Numbered from the stretch's first letter, positions 10,515-19,890 are shown. The stretch: DNA of 64,000 nucleotides from an uncultured Acidobacterium sp. (GCA_964535525.1 CAZHTJ010000001.1:197786-261785), one strand, 5' to 3'. Made by a program: numbers and translations. The notes: generated from the sequence alone by a model not told the origin.

Positions 10515-11192
10515 CTATGGAAGGGCCAGTCGATGGTGGGCAAGCGGCACATGAGGGATGTCACCGACGGCCGCTGCGGAAGCAATCAGAGTGTTTTTCA
10601 CATGGCGCGGAAGTGACTCCAGATCTCCGCCTTCGAAATACACCAGAGCCTTGAGGCATTCGCTGGGTTGAAAGGCTTGCCCGAACAGCGCACGAGCCGC
10701 GCCCAGGCCAACCGCATGGGAGGCGCCTCCTCCCAGGATTGCGGCAACGTCGACATAATCCTTTGCCTCTATGCGTTGCAGAAGGACCTTGAGCTTTGTC
10801 CCCAGCAAATCTTCAGGCGATGCGACCTGCGCGACGCGGTCGCTTGTCCACTGTGGTACACCCACGCGACCAAACGTTATCGCAGCAAAGAAAGATATCT
10901 TAACGGCGTCGTTCGATTGCCCGTCAGGCACCACAAGGAATGTCAGCGTATCGGGCCTGTCCTGAAGCACGCGAGATTCTTCGAGCAAGGGCATGGCCGC
11001 GAATAGCGCATTCCGATCGAGAGGGGCATCAGAGAAGAAACCAAAATCAATCGAGGCGCGATGCCCGAGTCGGAGAGCAACAGCGGTTCCACCATAGAGG
11101 GCAAATCCGAGGGCTGCCGCCGGTTTCAGTTTTGGCCATAGACGTTGTTGCGCCGGGGGGAGAATATCGAGGCGAGGAAACAGTTCAGCCAT
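10515..11192 (-). CDS. Nucleotidyltransferase AbiEii/AbiGii-family toxin
   Basis: N-terminal pattern ILPPAQQRLWPKL...FALYGGTAVALRLGHRASIDFGFF is typical of DUF1814/AbiEii NTases. Its start overlaps the stop of the upstream ORF (TGATG). Confidence 0.75.
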   Translation of the reverse strand: MAELFPRLDILPPAQQRLWPKLKPAAALGFALYGGTAVALRLGHRASIDFGFFSDAPLDRNALFAAMPLLEESRVLQDRPDTLTFLVVPDGQSNDAVKISFFAAITFGRVGVPQWTSDRVAQVASPEDLLGTKLKVLLQRIEAKDYVDVAAILGGGASHAVGLGAARALFGQAFQPSECLKALVYFEGGDLESLPRHVKNTLIASAAAVGDIPHVPLAHHRLALP

Positions 11193-11485
11193 CAGGCGAA
11201 TTTCCGTTCCGGTAGTGCCGGCACTTTGCCGGGATCACTCAGACCGAGTCGATAGTGCCAGTACTTCCATGATCTGGCATCGAATTGGCCCGCTTCGGCG
11301 TGCGTCAGGACCTGACATAAATACGGCAAACCCGCTCCATGGACCAGGGCCTGAACATCGTCATAGTCGCCGATGTTCATCACCTGCGCGACAATTCTCT
11401 CTGGGCGCGCTATAGCCTCTTCAGCCGCCTTCCACCAAACGTATTTGCGCGCGAACTTTTCCAGTAGTTCAGTGTCGAGGGGCAT
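11192..11485 (-). CDS. Small partner protein of the AbiEii-like NTase (putative antitoxin; no obvious wHTH)
   Basis: 97 aa, translationally coupled to the NTase. The pattern YVWWK...ERIVAQVMNIGDYDDVQAL...WKYWHYRLGL resembles short ORFs I recall upstream of this NTase subfamily. Confidence 0.5.
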   Translation of the reverse strand: MPLDTELLEKFARKYVWWKAAEEAIARPERIVAQVMNIGDYDDVQALVHGAGLPYLCQVLTHAEAGQFDARSWKYWHYRLGLSDPGKVPALPERKFA

Positions 11486-11563
11486 GAGATTTCAATTCGT
11501 CTGTGAGTTATGCGGTCCCAACGGATGATTCAGAGCCAGCAACGGCCTGATCGCACACCTCTT

Positions 11564-11692
11564 CTATTTTATCGCGCGCGCTCCGTAGTCTTCGACATCG
11601 CTTCGAGAAGGGGGCAGGGTTGTGCGCAACTGTTCCCAGGCGAGAATTTTCCCTCTGCCGGCGCGTGGGAAGCGAACGATGTCAGATTGCAT
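11564..11692 (-). CDS. Very small hypothetical ORF (42 aa)
   Basis: Its ATG overlaps the TGA of the upstream ORF (TGATG). No similarity recognised, so this is a weak call. Confidence 0.25.
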   Translation of the reverse strand: MQSDIVRFPRAGRGKILAWEQLRTTLPPSRSDVEDYGARAIK

Positions 11693-12090
11693 CACGACGC
11701 CTTCTCCTGCTGGGCACGCCGAGCCAGGATTTCCCTGGCACTTTGAGCCTTCGACCTCTGAATCTCGCGGAAGATCTGGGTGACTCGCTCCTTCGATATC
11801 CCCTCTCCGCTGACGAACGGAGCGAGGACGTTCATGAACAGCATCTGAAGCCCGACCAAATCCGCGAATATATTGCTCAGCATCGAAGCTGAACCTCCGC
11901 CCGGGATGGCGCACTCCAGCAGCTATTCGCGAACCCATTCGCTCGGCACCTTTCCATCAGCCTCAGCGGCCGCGAGGATCTTCGCTTCTTCCTCCGGCGT
12001 CAATTTGGTTCCGATGCTGCGAGAGCGCGCCGAACGCCCCTTCAGCCGCTGCATCCGACTTGCGTTCTCATTCCCATTGAGGATCGGCAT
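11692..12090 (-). pseudogene. Ribbon-helix-helix / MobC-like protein interrupted by an in-frame TAG (or two small ORFs)
   Basis: ATG at 12090 is preceded by GAGGAG. Translation gives ...RSIGTKLTPEEEAKILAAAEADGKVPSEWVRE, then TAG at 11923-11925. The same frame continues LLECAI...MLSNIFADLVGLQMLF... to 11692. Confidence 0.4.
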
Positions 12091-12111
12091 GCTCGCTCCT
12101 CTTTACCCTTC

Positions 12112-13158
12112 TCAAATCTCGCCGTATTCGAGCGTCAGCTCGGCCGTAATGCGCTGCAGTTCGGGCATTTCCCAGGCCCGGCGGAAGCCCTCCTGCAGCG
12201 AGGCCCATTCGTCCGCGGTGAAACCGAACGTTGTCGAGCCATGGCAGCGAACCCACACCGGCGGCACCGTGGACTCCATTGCCGTGTAGCCGAAAAACCA
12301 GCGCCCCCGCCAGAACGAATTCGGCTCGCTCGTATCCCATTCCCGGAGCATCGCACGGAACTCCGTGATCATCGGCCACGACCCGATCTCGTACGTCGTC
12401 TGACGAGCCTCGGGCAAAGTTACGAGGACGGCAAGATCGCCATCGCTTTCCGCCGCGAACGACAGTACAAATCCGCCCTCGAACACGGATGAAATCGCCG
12501 GCCCCCATGGGCGCTCCGCGACGGCGATTCCTGCGGCGCTTCGAACCGGCTGTCCACGCACCAAATAATGTCCTCGGGCTGCCGCCGTCCACACGAGCGG
12601 CCAGAACGGTTTCAGGGTCTGATTCATCGCCTCGATCCCGAAGGGTTCCTCCTCGAGGAACTCGTACAGATTCCGGGCGGCGAACTGCGGCCACACCTCT
12701 TCCGCATCGGGCAAATCCTCTCTTCTCATCAGCCGCTCAACTGCGGTTGCGAGATCGACGGATTCAGCCTCTGATCCCAGGACCTGCTGCCCTTGTTTGT
12801 TGAGAATCGGAAGATTCGAAAGGTAGTGCGCATCCCGGCTCGGCTTCTTTCCCCGCCGCATTCGGTACGCGGCAAGAAATGCCTCCAGAATTCCCCGCAT
12901 CGTCTCCGCGGAAATACGGCCACCGACGTTGCTCTCCACCCCCAGCTGGACGTAATAGGCAACAACGATCCATTCGGCCCGCGAAAGACTCAATCCCGCT
13001 TCGGCTTTGCGTCTCGCCGCGGCGAGTGCCACGGTCGCGTCAGCCAGCAGTTCAGCCACCTCCAGTCGGTCCTCCCGCGCCGACTCGAGAAGCTGCTTGG
13101 CGAACTCGGAGGTGGTGACATTCTCGCCGCTCTTTCTCGTCGTGGCAATCCGTCCCAA
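12112..13158 (-). CDS. Hypothetical protein (348 aa), no recognisable domain
   Basis: Long ORF with normal amino-acid composition. It is the first gene of a minus-strand string running to the AbiEii pair and lies divergent from alpA. TTG start is uncertain. Confidence 0.5.
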   Translation of the reverse strand: MGRIATTRKSGENVTTSEFAKQLLESAREDRLEVAELLADATVALAAARRKAEAGLSLSRAEWIVVAYYVQLGVESNVGGRISAETMRGILEAFLAAYRMRRGKKPSRDAHYLSNLPILNKQGQQVLGSEAESVDLATAVERLMRREDLPDAEEVWPQFAARNLYEFLEEEPFGIEAMNQTLKPFWPLVWTAAARGHYLVRGQPVRSAAGIAVAERPWGPAISSVFEGGFVLSFAAESDGDLAVLVTLPEARQTTYEIGSWPMITEFRAMLREWDTSEPNSFWRGRWFFGYTAMESTVPPVWVRCHGSTTFGFTADEWASLQEGFRRAWEMPELQRITAELTLEYGEI

Positions 13159-13163
13159 AGAAA

Positions 13164-13415
13164 TTGCCCCAGTCTCAGAACCCTGAGCAGGAGACTCGCA
13201 ATGACGAGTCCGTCAGCCGGGATGACCTGAGTTTCCTGCGCCTGCCGGAAGTGAAAGCGATCACTCGCCTCTCGAAGACGAGCCTCTACGCAATGATTCG
13301 GAACAAGACCTTTCCCGCGCCCGTTCGTCTGGGCCCGCGTGCAGTCGCCTGGCTAAGATCCGAGGTCCGGCAATGGGCCGTGGATCGCGTCCACGCGTCG
13401 CGGTCGGCCGCCTAA
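13164..13415 (+). CDS. AlpA-family phage/island transcriptional regulator (excisionase-like HTH)
   Basis: LRLPEVKAITRLSKTSLYAMIRNKTFPAPVRLGPRAVAWLRSEVRQW matches the AlpA/Phage_AlpA pattern. Confidence 0.75.
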   Translation: MPQSQNPEQETRNDESVSRDDLSFLRLPEVKAITRLSKTSLYAMIRNKTFPAPVRLGPRAVAWLRSEVRQWAVDRVHASRSAA

Positions 13416-13454
13416 CCCGGTTTTGGCTGTACGACATTATACGATTATGTCATA

Positions 13455-13748
13455 ATGCCGGTTATGGGCCTCTCCAGATCGCGCACATCCCGTGTATTCA
13501 CCATCAGCTTCCCGGAAGACTTGGCGACGCAGGTCGAAGAGGTCGCCAGGCAAGAGAGCCGGAACATCAGCGAGCTGTTCCGGGAAGCCTTCCGCACCTA
13601 TCGCCTGGAGCGGATGCAGCGAAAACTCGCAACCACGCGCGCCGCCGTTGCCGCTCGCACCGGACCACGCTATACCGAAGAAGATGTAGAAGAGTTGGTT
13701 GACGAGATTCGCACAAAACTGTCGTCGGTGAGAAAACGCAAGGCGTGA
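13455..13748 (+). CDS. CopG/ribbon-helix-helix antitoxin
   Basis: RVFTISFPEDLATQVEEVARQESRNISELFREAFRTY (beta-alpha-alpha). A 4-nt overlap with the downstream PIN gene. Confidence 0.7.
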   Translation: MPVMGLSRSRTSRVFTISFPEDLATQVEEVARQESRNISELFREAFRTYRLERMQRKLATTRAAVAARTGPRYTEEDVEELVDEIRTKLSSVRKRKA

Positions 13749-14152
13749 TCGTCGTTCTCGACTCCGGTATTTGGATCTCAGCGTTCCAGTTCGGTGGCGC
13801 CCCTCAGGCCGCTGTTGAGTCTGTGTTCAGCGAACATACCGTCGCGATTTGCGATCAGATCGTTGCTGAAATTCGGGCGGCGCTGGTACGGAAGTTCTCA
13901 TGGAAAGATGAGGAAGTACTCGCCATTCTCACCGAATACATCCGCGATGGAAAACATGTAGAAGTGACGGGAGCCGTGCATGGGGTGTGCCGTGATCCCA
14001 AGGATGACATGGTCTTCGAGTGTGCCCTGAAAGCTGACGCCGAGATCATCATCTCCGGCGACAATGACCTTCTCAGTGTGAAAACCTATCGCGGTATCCA
14101 GATTTTTACCGCCCGGCAATACCTGGATCGGTTTAGCACGCCACCCGCGTGA
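13745..14152 (+). CDS. PIN-domain toxin (TIGR00305-like)
   Basis: VVLDSGIWISA..., CRDPKDDMVFECAL, IIISGDNDLL: the acidic PIN residues appear in canonical order. Confidence 0.8.
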   Translation: MIVVLDSGIWISAFQFGGAPQAAVESVFSEHTVAICDQIVAEIRAALVRKFSWKDEEVLAILTEYIRDGKHVEVTGAVHGVCRDPKDDMVFECALKADAEIIISGDNDLLSVKTYRGIQIFTARQYLDRFSTPPA

Positions 14153-14159
14153 CGTGCGT

Positions 14160-14572
14160 TTACTCTTCCTGTGGCTCAACCGGCCTGGTCCAATGATCGA
14201 GAGCCGTTTTGTGCCGCATTCTCATGCTTGTGGAGGAACTTCGAGCGACTCCGCGAGTTTTCCGATGGCGAAGCCGCAGCCGCCGTCCGTACACCCATTA
14301 GGTTAATGCGTCGTACATTTTTTAGGTTATTGTGTCCGGATCAATGCAGAGCTCTTTGCGGCCTTAGGCTTTCGCCCTTCATGATTGCGGGTCTGCTCCT
14401 CGCCTCTGGCCAACTGGCGCCATCATCTTTTCCTTGCCATCGAAGCGGTAGCGCCAACGCCAGAGTTTCGCACCGACCGGGAAACCAGAAGACACAACCC
14501 GGCGCTGTCAGTCAGTTTGTACGGCTTGCCCTGCGGTTTTGCGTTATCCACCTGCCTGGCGGTGAGTCCCAT
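14160..14572 (-). pseudogene. P4-type tyrosine integrase remnant (N-terminal ~130 codons, multiple frameshifts)
   Basis: MGLTARQVDNAKPQGKPYKLTDSAGLCLLVS, then after a frameshift GAKLWRWRYRFDGKEKMM. It decays further and ends at the PIN gene. It lies directly downstream of the tRNA-Gln 3' end. Confidence 0.6.
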
Positions 14573-14770
14573 GATGTGAGCCTCCCCGGGGGGATTTTCG
14601 TACGATACCCACAGATCACCCTCACTCGTACCCACAGCAAAATGTGGCTGCAGAAGACCCTTCCAGGACGTCTACGAACGCGCAGCGCCCCATAAAGTTC
14701 CTGTAATGAGCACAATAAATGCGTTTGAAGAGGTTCGGGAGTGGATGGAAAAGTCGGGAAAGTGCTGGAA

Positions 14771-14844
14771 TGGCTGCCCCCCAGGGATTCGAACCCCGAT
14801 ATGCTGATCCAGAGTCAGCTGTCCTGCCGTTGAACGAGGGGGCA
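14771..14844 (-). tRNA. tRNA-Gln (anticodon CTG)
   Basis: Hand-folded 74-nt cloverleaf: acceptor TGCCCCC/GGGGGCA (U1:A72, G73, CCA encoded), anticodon stem GCTGA/TCAGC with loop CTCTGGA, T-loop TTCGAAT. Confidence 0.9.
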
Positions 14845-14881
14845 GTCTTACAGGAAAGTCGTGGCGCAAAGCCGCTTTTTC

Positions 14882-14910
14882 ATACTATCGGCACCGCCCA
14901 CACGGGTCAA
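14882..14910 (-). promoter_or_regulatory. Sigma-70-like promoter for tRNA-Gln
   Basis: On the minus strand, TTGACC-17 nt-TAGTAT lies about 38 nt upstream of the tRNA 5' end. Confidence 0.4.
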
Positions 14911-14974
14911 TGCACCAGGGGGTTACGCACGCCATTGACATCGATCCCGGCAGGAGTACGGCTAGCCCGGCTTG

Positions 14975-15030
14975 TCCTGTTCCCTATAGCCTATTCCCTA
15001 CTTCCTGTTCTGTGCTTCTCACTCCTCTCT
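14975..15030. repeat. Heptad (7-bp period) tandem array spanning the stop of the FtsX-like gene
   Basis: tcctgtt ccctata gcctatt ccctact tcctgtt ctgtgct tctcact cctctct. On the coding (minus) strand, TAG occurs 3x at 7-nt spacing just after the TGA stop. Confidence 0.8.
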
Positions 15031-17625
15031 CAGAACCTCCAGCGGCTTCTGCCCCAGAATCCTGAAGCTCGCGATCCATCCCGTCGCCACCGCCAGCACG
15101 GCTGTCCCCAGCACTGCCGTCAGCGATCCGCGCACATCGCGCAGGAACACCACATCCATCCGGTGCAGCAAAATCCGCGACAGCACATTCGCGAACAGCG
15201 TCCCCACCGCGCCCGCCAACAGCCCCAGCACCACAAACTCCACGCTGAACACGGTCGCGATCCGGTTCCGCGTCGCGCCCAGCGTCTTCAACACCACAAC
15301 CTCACGCATTCTCCGGAACCGCGTGCTCGCCACACTCGACGCCAAAATGATCAGCCCCGACAAAATCGAGAATCCCGCGAGGAACCGGATCACCATCGTG
15401 ATCTGATCCACAACGCTGGTAATTGTCGACAAAATATCCGCAATGTTGATCACCGTCACCGTCGGATACGTCGCGAACAGCGCGCGCTCGATCTCCGGAA
15501 TCGCCGCCGGCCGCGCGTGAATATCGCCATACCAAACCGTCGGCGCATCCGCGAGCAGAGCCTTCGGCAGAATGAACTCACTCCGCGCAAACGCATGCTC
15601 ACCCACGATCTTGTAAATCGCGGAAACCCTCACCGGAATCGGCGTGTCCCCCACAACGAAAGTCACCTGCGATCCGATTTTCAGATTCAGCCGTTTCGCC
15701 ACATGGTCCACAACCGCGAATTCCGCACCCCCGGAACCATCCCACCACTTCCCTTCCGCGACCTTCGTTCCCGCCGGCGCCGCATCGGCCCACGACAACG
15801 TCGCGTTGCGCAGCAGCCGATTCGGATAATTCTTCAGCTTCAGCTGATCCACCGGCGTCCCATCAATCGACTCCATCCTCGCCGAAATAATCGGGACCGC
15901 CTCCAGATCCCCAATCACGCCGGGGCTCTTCTTCAGCTCCGCACGAATACCCGGCATCTCCTCCGTGCTCATGTCGATCAGAAACAGATTCGGCGTGTCC
16001 GGCTTCACGTCCTCATGCAGCGCATTCACAATCGATCGCTGCATCAGAAACACGCTCAGGATCAGCATTACACCCGTGCCCAGCGCCGCCAGCACCGCCG
16101 CCGACTGGTTCCCTGGTCTGTACAGATTCGCGAGGCCATGCCGCAGCGCCGAATGCAAATGTAACCGTGTCCGTGACAAAAAGGCACGCAGCGTCCGCAG
16201 CGTGACCGCCGAGAGCCCCAGGATGAACACCAGCAGCCCCGCCAGACAAATCGCAAACCACTTCCCCACCACCATCGAGTCGGCCAGCGCCGCCGCGATC
16301 CCGCCCAGCCCCGCCAGGATCACCACCACCGACGCCAGCTGTAACTTGTGGTCCTTCAGCCATTCAATCCATCCCGTCCCGTCCCCCGACTCCACCATCC
16401 GCCGCAGCACCAAACTCGGCCGCACATTCCTGACATCGAGCAACGGCGGCAAGCAAAACAGCAACGTCGTCAGAATCCCGGTGCCCAGCGCCGCCAGCAC
16501 CGGACTCAACGGCAGCCCTATTTCCGGCCGCAGCGGCAGCAGTTTCCCCAGCACCGTCGGAAACGCATACTCCACGCCCAGTCCCAGTGCCACGCCAATC
16601 AGCGCTCCGGCCACACCAAGAAACAGTGTCTGTATCAAATAGATGCGCAAAATATCCGACGACTTCGCCCCAATCGACTTCATGATCGCCAGAATCTCGA
16701 TCCGCTGTTGCAGATGCGCCCGCATCGCCATGGCCACGCCAATCGCGCCCAGCACCATAGCCACCAGGCAGATCAAACTCATCAATCCTGTTGCGCGATC
16801 CACGCCCTGCGTCAGCGCCGGGCTCGTCTCCCGAAAATCCGTCACCTGCGCGTCCGGCAGAATCTTCTCGATCTGCGCCCGCACATCGGCCACCTTCAGC
16901 TTGTCGCCCAGCGCAAACAAGTACCGCTCCGTCGCGCGGCTCCCCGGCTGCAGCAGCTCCGTCTCCTCCATCGCCCGCCGCGTCATCATCACGCGCGGCC
17001 CCAGACCCACGCCCGCCGTCATCCGGTCCGGCTCCTTCGTAATCACCGCCGCAATCCGGAACCATCGCCCGCCAATCTTCAGCTCATCGCCCACCTTTGC
17101 GCGCAGCCGCACCAGCAGATTGTCATCCACCACCACCGTGTCGTCCCTCAGCGCTGAACGAAGATCCTGGCCCGTCGACAACACCACCGTTCCGTAAAAC
17201 GGATATTCGCTGGGATCGACAGCCTTCAGCGTCACCAGCAGCGGCACCGGATCGCCCTCGACCATCGCCATCGACACGGTTTCCGTCACAACCGTCCGTC
17301 GCACACCCAGCCCCGCCTCTGGCGTCGTCAGCGCATCCAGTTGCTTCGATTCTGCCGGAGTAGCCTGACGAAACATCCGCGCCGACAAATCTCCCGCCAT
17401 AATGCTGCGCGCCTGCAACAACAGCGTTCGCGCAAACGATGTGCTGAATCCGCGTACGCCCGTCAGCGCCGCCACCCCAATTGCCACCGACAGCAGCACA
17501 AATAGAAACTTCGCCTTGCCCGCGCGCAGCTCCCGCCACGCTATCCTCGCCGCCACTCCCCACGGCAACGGCTGCTTCTCGCGGACCAGCCTCCCGTTCG
17601 CAGAGATTTCCTGATCGCTGCTCAT
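15019..17625 (-). CDS. ybbP: FtsX-like ABC transporter permease (YbbP family, duplicated FtsX domains)
   Basis: 868 aa with multiple TM segments. It overlaps the upstream ATPase gene by 4 nt. The tesA / ybbA-ybbP synteny is conserved. Confidence 0.85.
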   Translation of the reverse strand: MSSDQEISANGRLVREKQPLPWGVAARIAWRELRAGKAKFLFVLLSVAIGVAALTGVRGFSTSFARTLLLQARSIMAGDLSARMFRQATPAESKQLDALTTPEAGLGVRRTVVTETVSMAMVEGDPVPLLVTLKAVDPSEYPFYGTVVLSTGQDLRSALRDDTVVVDDNLLVRLRAKVGDELKIGGRWFRIAAVITKEPDRMTAGVGLGPRVMMTRRAMEETELLQPGSRATERYLFALGDKLKVADVRAQIEKILPDAQVTDFRETSPALTQGVDRATGLMSLICLVAMVLGAIGVAMAMRAHLQQRIEILAIMKSIGAKSSDILRIYLIQTLFLGVAGALIGVALGLGVEYAFPTVLGKLLPLRPEIGLPLSPVLAALGTGILTTLLFCLPPLLDVRNVRPSLVLRRMVESGDGTGWIEWLKDHKLQLASVVVILAGLGGIAAALADSMVVGKWFAICLAGLLVFILGLSAVTLRTLRAFLSRTRLHLHSALRHGLANLYRPGNQSAAVLAALGTGVMLILSVFLMQRSIVNALHEDVKPDTPNLFLIDMSTEEMPGIRAELKKSPGVIGDLEAVPIISARMESIDGTPVDQLKLKNYPNRLLRNATLSWADAAPAGTKVAEGKWWDGSGGAEFAVVDHVAKRLNLKIGSQVTFVVGDTPIPVRVSAIYKIVGEHAFARSEFILPKALLADAPTVWYGDIHARPAAIPEIERALFATYPTVTVINIADILSTITSVVDQITMVIRFLAGFSILSGLIILASSVASTRFRRMREVVVLKTLGATRNRIATVFSVEFVVLGLLAGAVGTLFANVLSRILLHRMDVVFLRDVRGSLTAVLGTAVLAVATGWIASFRILGQKPLEVLREE

Positions 17626-18347
17626 CGGGTCCCCACCGCATCCACACCCACAGAGCCAGGACGCCCGGACCCCTGGTTCTGCAAATAATCCGCCACTACC
17701 AACCCATCCTTCAGCTGAATCCGCCGGTCAGCCCGCTCCGCAATCTGCGCATCGTGCGTCACCAGCACCAGCGTCGTCGCTGACTCCCGCTGCCGCTCGC
17801 CCAGCAGCTCCAGCACATGCTGCCCGTTCGCCGAATCCAGATTTCCGGTTGGTTCATCCGCCAGCACAATCGGCGGCTCCAGCACAAACGCCCGCGCCAG
17901 CGCCACCCTCTGCTGCTCTCCGCCCGACAACTGCACCGGATAATGATGCAGCCGATCCTGTAGTCCCACCGATGCCAGCAGCGGCTCCGCCTTCTTCCGC
18001 GCATCGCCGCGCGCGTTCAGCTCGTACGGCAGCATCACATTCTCCAGCGCCGTCAGCGTCGGGATCAGCTGGTACGACTGAAACACAAATCCAATCCGGC
18101 TCCCGCGCACCTCCGCCAGCTTGTCCTCTTCGAGCCTGCTGATCGCGATCCCGTCCAGAATCACTTCCCCTTCCGACGGTGTATCGAGCCCCGCCAGCAG
18201 CCCCAGCAGCGTACTCTTCCCGCTGCCGCTCGCGCCCATAATCGCCGCAAACTGCCCCTTCGGAATCACGAGATCTATCCCGCGGAGAATCTCTACCGTC
18301 CGCGTCCCATTGCGTATGGACTTCTTCAGCCCCCTCACCTCGATCAT
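17622..18347 (-). CDS. ybbA: ABC transporter ATP-binding protein (LolD/YbbA-like)
   Basis: Walker A GASGSGKST, signature LSGGEQQR, Walker B LADEPTGNLD. Confidence 0.9.
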   Translation of the reverse strand: MIEVRGLKKSIRNGTRTVEILRGIDLVIPKGQFAAIMGASGSGKSTLLGLLAGLDTPSEGEVILDGIAISRLEEDKLAEVRGSRIGFVFQSYQLIPTLTALENVMLPYELNARGDARKKAEPLLASVGLQDRLHHYPVQLSGGEQQRVALARAFVLEPPIVLADEPTGNLDSANGQHVLELLGERQRESATTLVLVTHDAQIAERADRRIQLKDGLVVADYLQNQGSGRPGSVGVDAVGTR

Positions 18348-18395
18348 CCGCTCTCCTCAATAACCATCCGTCTACACTCAATAGGAAGAAAGGCT

Positions 18396-18453
18396 GTCAT
18401 CCTGAGCGAAGTTTGACGCGCTCCAGGCGTCAAACGAAGTCGAAGGACCTGCG
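18396..18453. repeat. REP/MITE-like element (GTCATCCTGAGCGAAG - hairpin - CGAAGGACCTGCG)
   Basis: Conserved termini are shared with 25849-25905. The internal perfect hairpin is tttgacgc/gcgtcaaa. Confidence 0.7.
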
Positions 18454-18483
18454 TTTCTCTTCTGTCGATTTCCAAAAGCCATC

Positions 18484-19149
18484 GTGACACACAAACCTCA
18501 TCGCTTGTTTTGCCGTCTCGCGACCCTCGCCGCCGCGCTTTCTCTCTCTCTTCATTTGTACGCTGTCCCGCCCCGCCCTGTTCCCGTCCCCGCTCGCACC
18601 GCTCCCGTCATTGCCTGCTTCGGCGACAGCATCACCGCCGGTTACGGCATCGCCCCCGGCCTCTCCTGGCCCGACGACCTGCAGAACGCCCTCGATCGCC
18701 GCGGCTACCGCTACAAAGTTGTCAACGCCGGTATCAGCGGCAACACTACCAAAGACGGCGTCGACCGCCTCAAAGACGTCCTCCGCCTCCATCCCGCCGT
18801 TGTCATCGTCGAGTTCGGCGGCAACGACGGACTCCGCGGCATCCCCATCGCCGACACCCGCCGCAACCTCGACACCATCGTCTCCGCTCTGCTGCAGTCC
18901 GGCAGCAAAGTCATCCTCGCCGGCATCACTCTGCCGCCCAATTACGGCCCCGACTACATCAAACCCTTCGACGAAACCTACCGCCTCATCGCTGCCAAAT
19001 ACCATGTTCCCTTGCTCCCCATGCTCTACGCCGGCGTCTACACCGTCCCCGGCGCTATTCAGGAAGACGGCGTCCATCCCACCGCAAAGGGCGCGCAATT
19101 AGTAGCCGACAACTTCCTGCCCCTGCTTCTGCCCCTGCTCCACAAATAG
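18484..19149 (+). CDS. tesA: SGNH/GDSL arylesterase/thioesterase (TesA-like), secreted
   Basis: GDSITAGYG block I, GGNDGL block III, signal peptide. Divergent from ybbA-ybbP as in enterics. Confidence 0.85.
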   Translation: MTHKPHRLFCRLATLAAALSLSLHLYAVPPRPVPVPARTAPVIACFGDSITAGYGIAPGLSWPDDLQNALDRRGYRYKVVNAGISGNTTKDGVDRLKDVLRLHPAVVIVEFGGNDGLRGIPIADTRRNLDTIVSALLQSGSKVILAGITLPPNYGPDYIKPFDETYRLIAAKYHVPLLPMLYAGVYTVPGAIQEDGVHPTAKGAQLVADNFLPLLLPLLHK

Positions 19150-19452
19150 CTGCCGATCCTCTCATCCCCAATAACACCGAACATTCAGGGCCAATCGCCT
19201 GAACATTCGGAGGGAAGGCGAAGCGGTCCCGCGTAAGCAGGACGACGGTAGAAGCCACGGCCTTTAGGCCGTGGAGAAGCGCGCCGGGGGAGACGGGCTT
19301 CAGCCCCGGAAACTCGCCTTCAACCACATTCTCCAAATTTTGTTGCGCCCATTTTCCAGCAACAAAATCAGCCCCGCGTGTTTTCACCTTGCGTAAGGCG
19401 AATGACAAAAGCACGACCGCAGTCAAGCCATTCGCGCACAGGAGCCCACGCC

Positions 19453-19761
19453 ATGAAACTGACCTTCGTTGCTACTGCCCTTCTCGCCCTCACTACCACC
19501 GGCGCCTTCGCGCAGACTATCAATCAGCGCAAAGTGGACCAGCAGGACCGCATCGCTCAGGGAATCCGCAGCGGTGAACTCACCGCGCGCGAGACCGCCA
19601 ATCTCGAAGGCCGCGAAGCCTCCATCAACCGGGAAGAGTATCTTATGCGCCGCGCCGACGATGGCCGCCTCACCGGCCGCGATCGCGCCATCCTGACCTG
19701 CCGCCAGAACCACGTCTCCAGCGCCATCTATCGCGACAAGCACAACGGCTTCGTCCGGTAA
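19453..19761 (+). CDS. Small secreted hypothetical protein
   Basis: MKLTFVATALLALTTTGAFA signal peptide followed by a charged repeat-like region (GELTARETANLEGRE / GRLTGRDRAIL). Confidence 0.55.
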   Translation: MKLTFVATALLALTTTGAFAQTINQRKVDQQDRIAQGIRSGELTARETANLEGREASINREEYLMRRADDGRLTGRDRAILTCRQNHVSSAIYRDKHNGFVR

Positions 19762-19890
19762 ATCTGTCCCGTAATTCCGTTTCCGGTGGCCACATCTGCC
19801 TGCACTTTGCGGATGTGGCTGCCGCGCCCCGAGTGTCTTTGTGTGATTTGCCAGAGAAACTCAGCCAGCGACGCGGCCCGGGTTTTCAAA

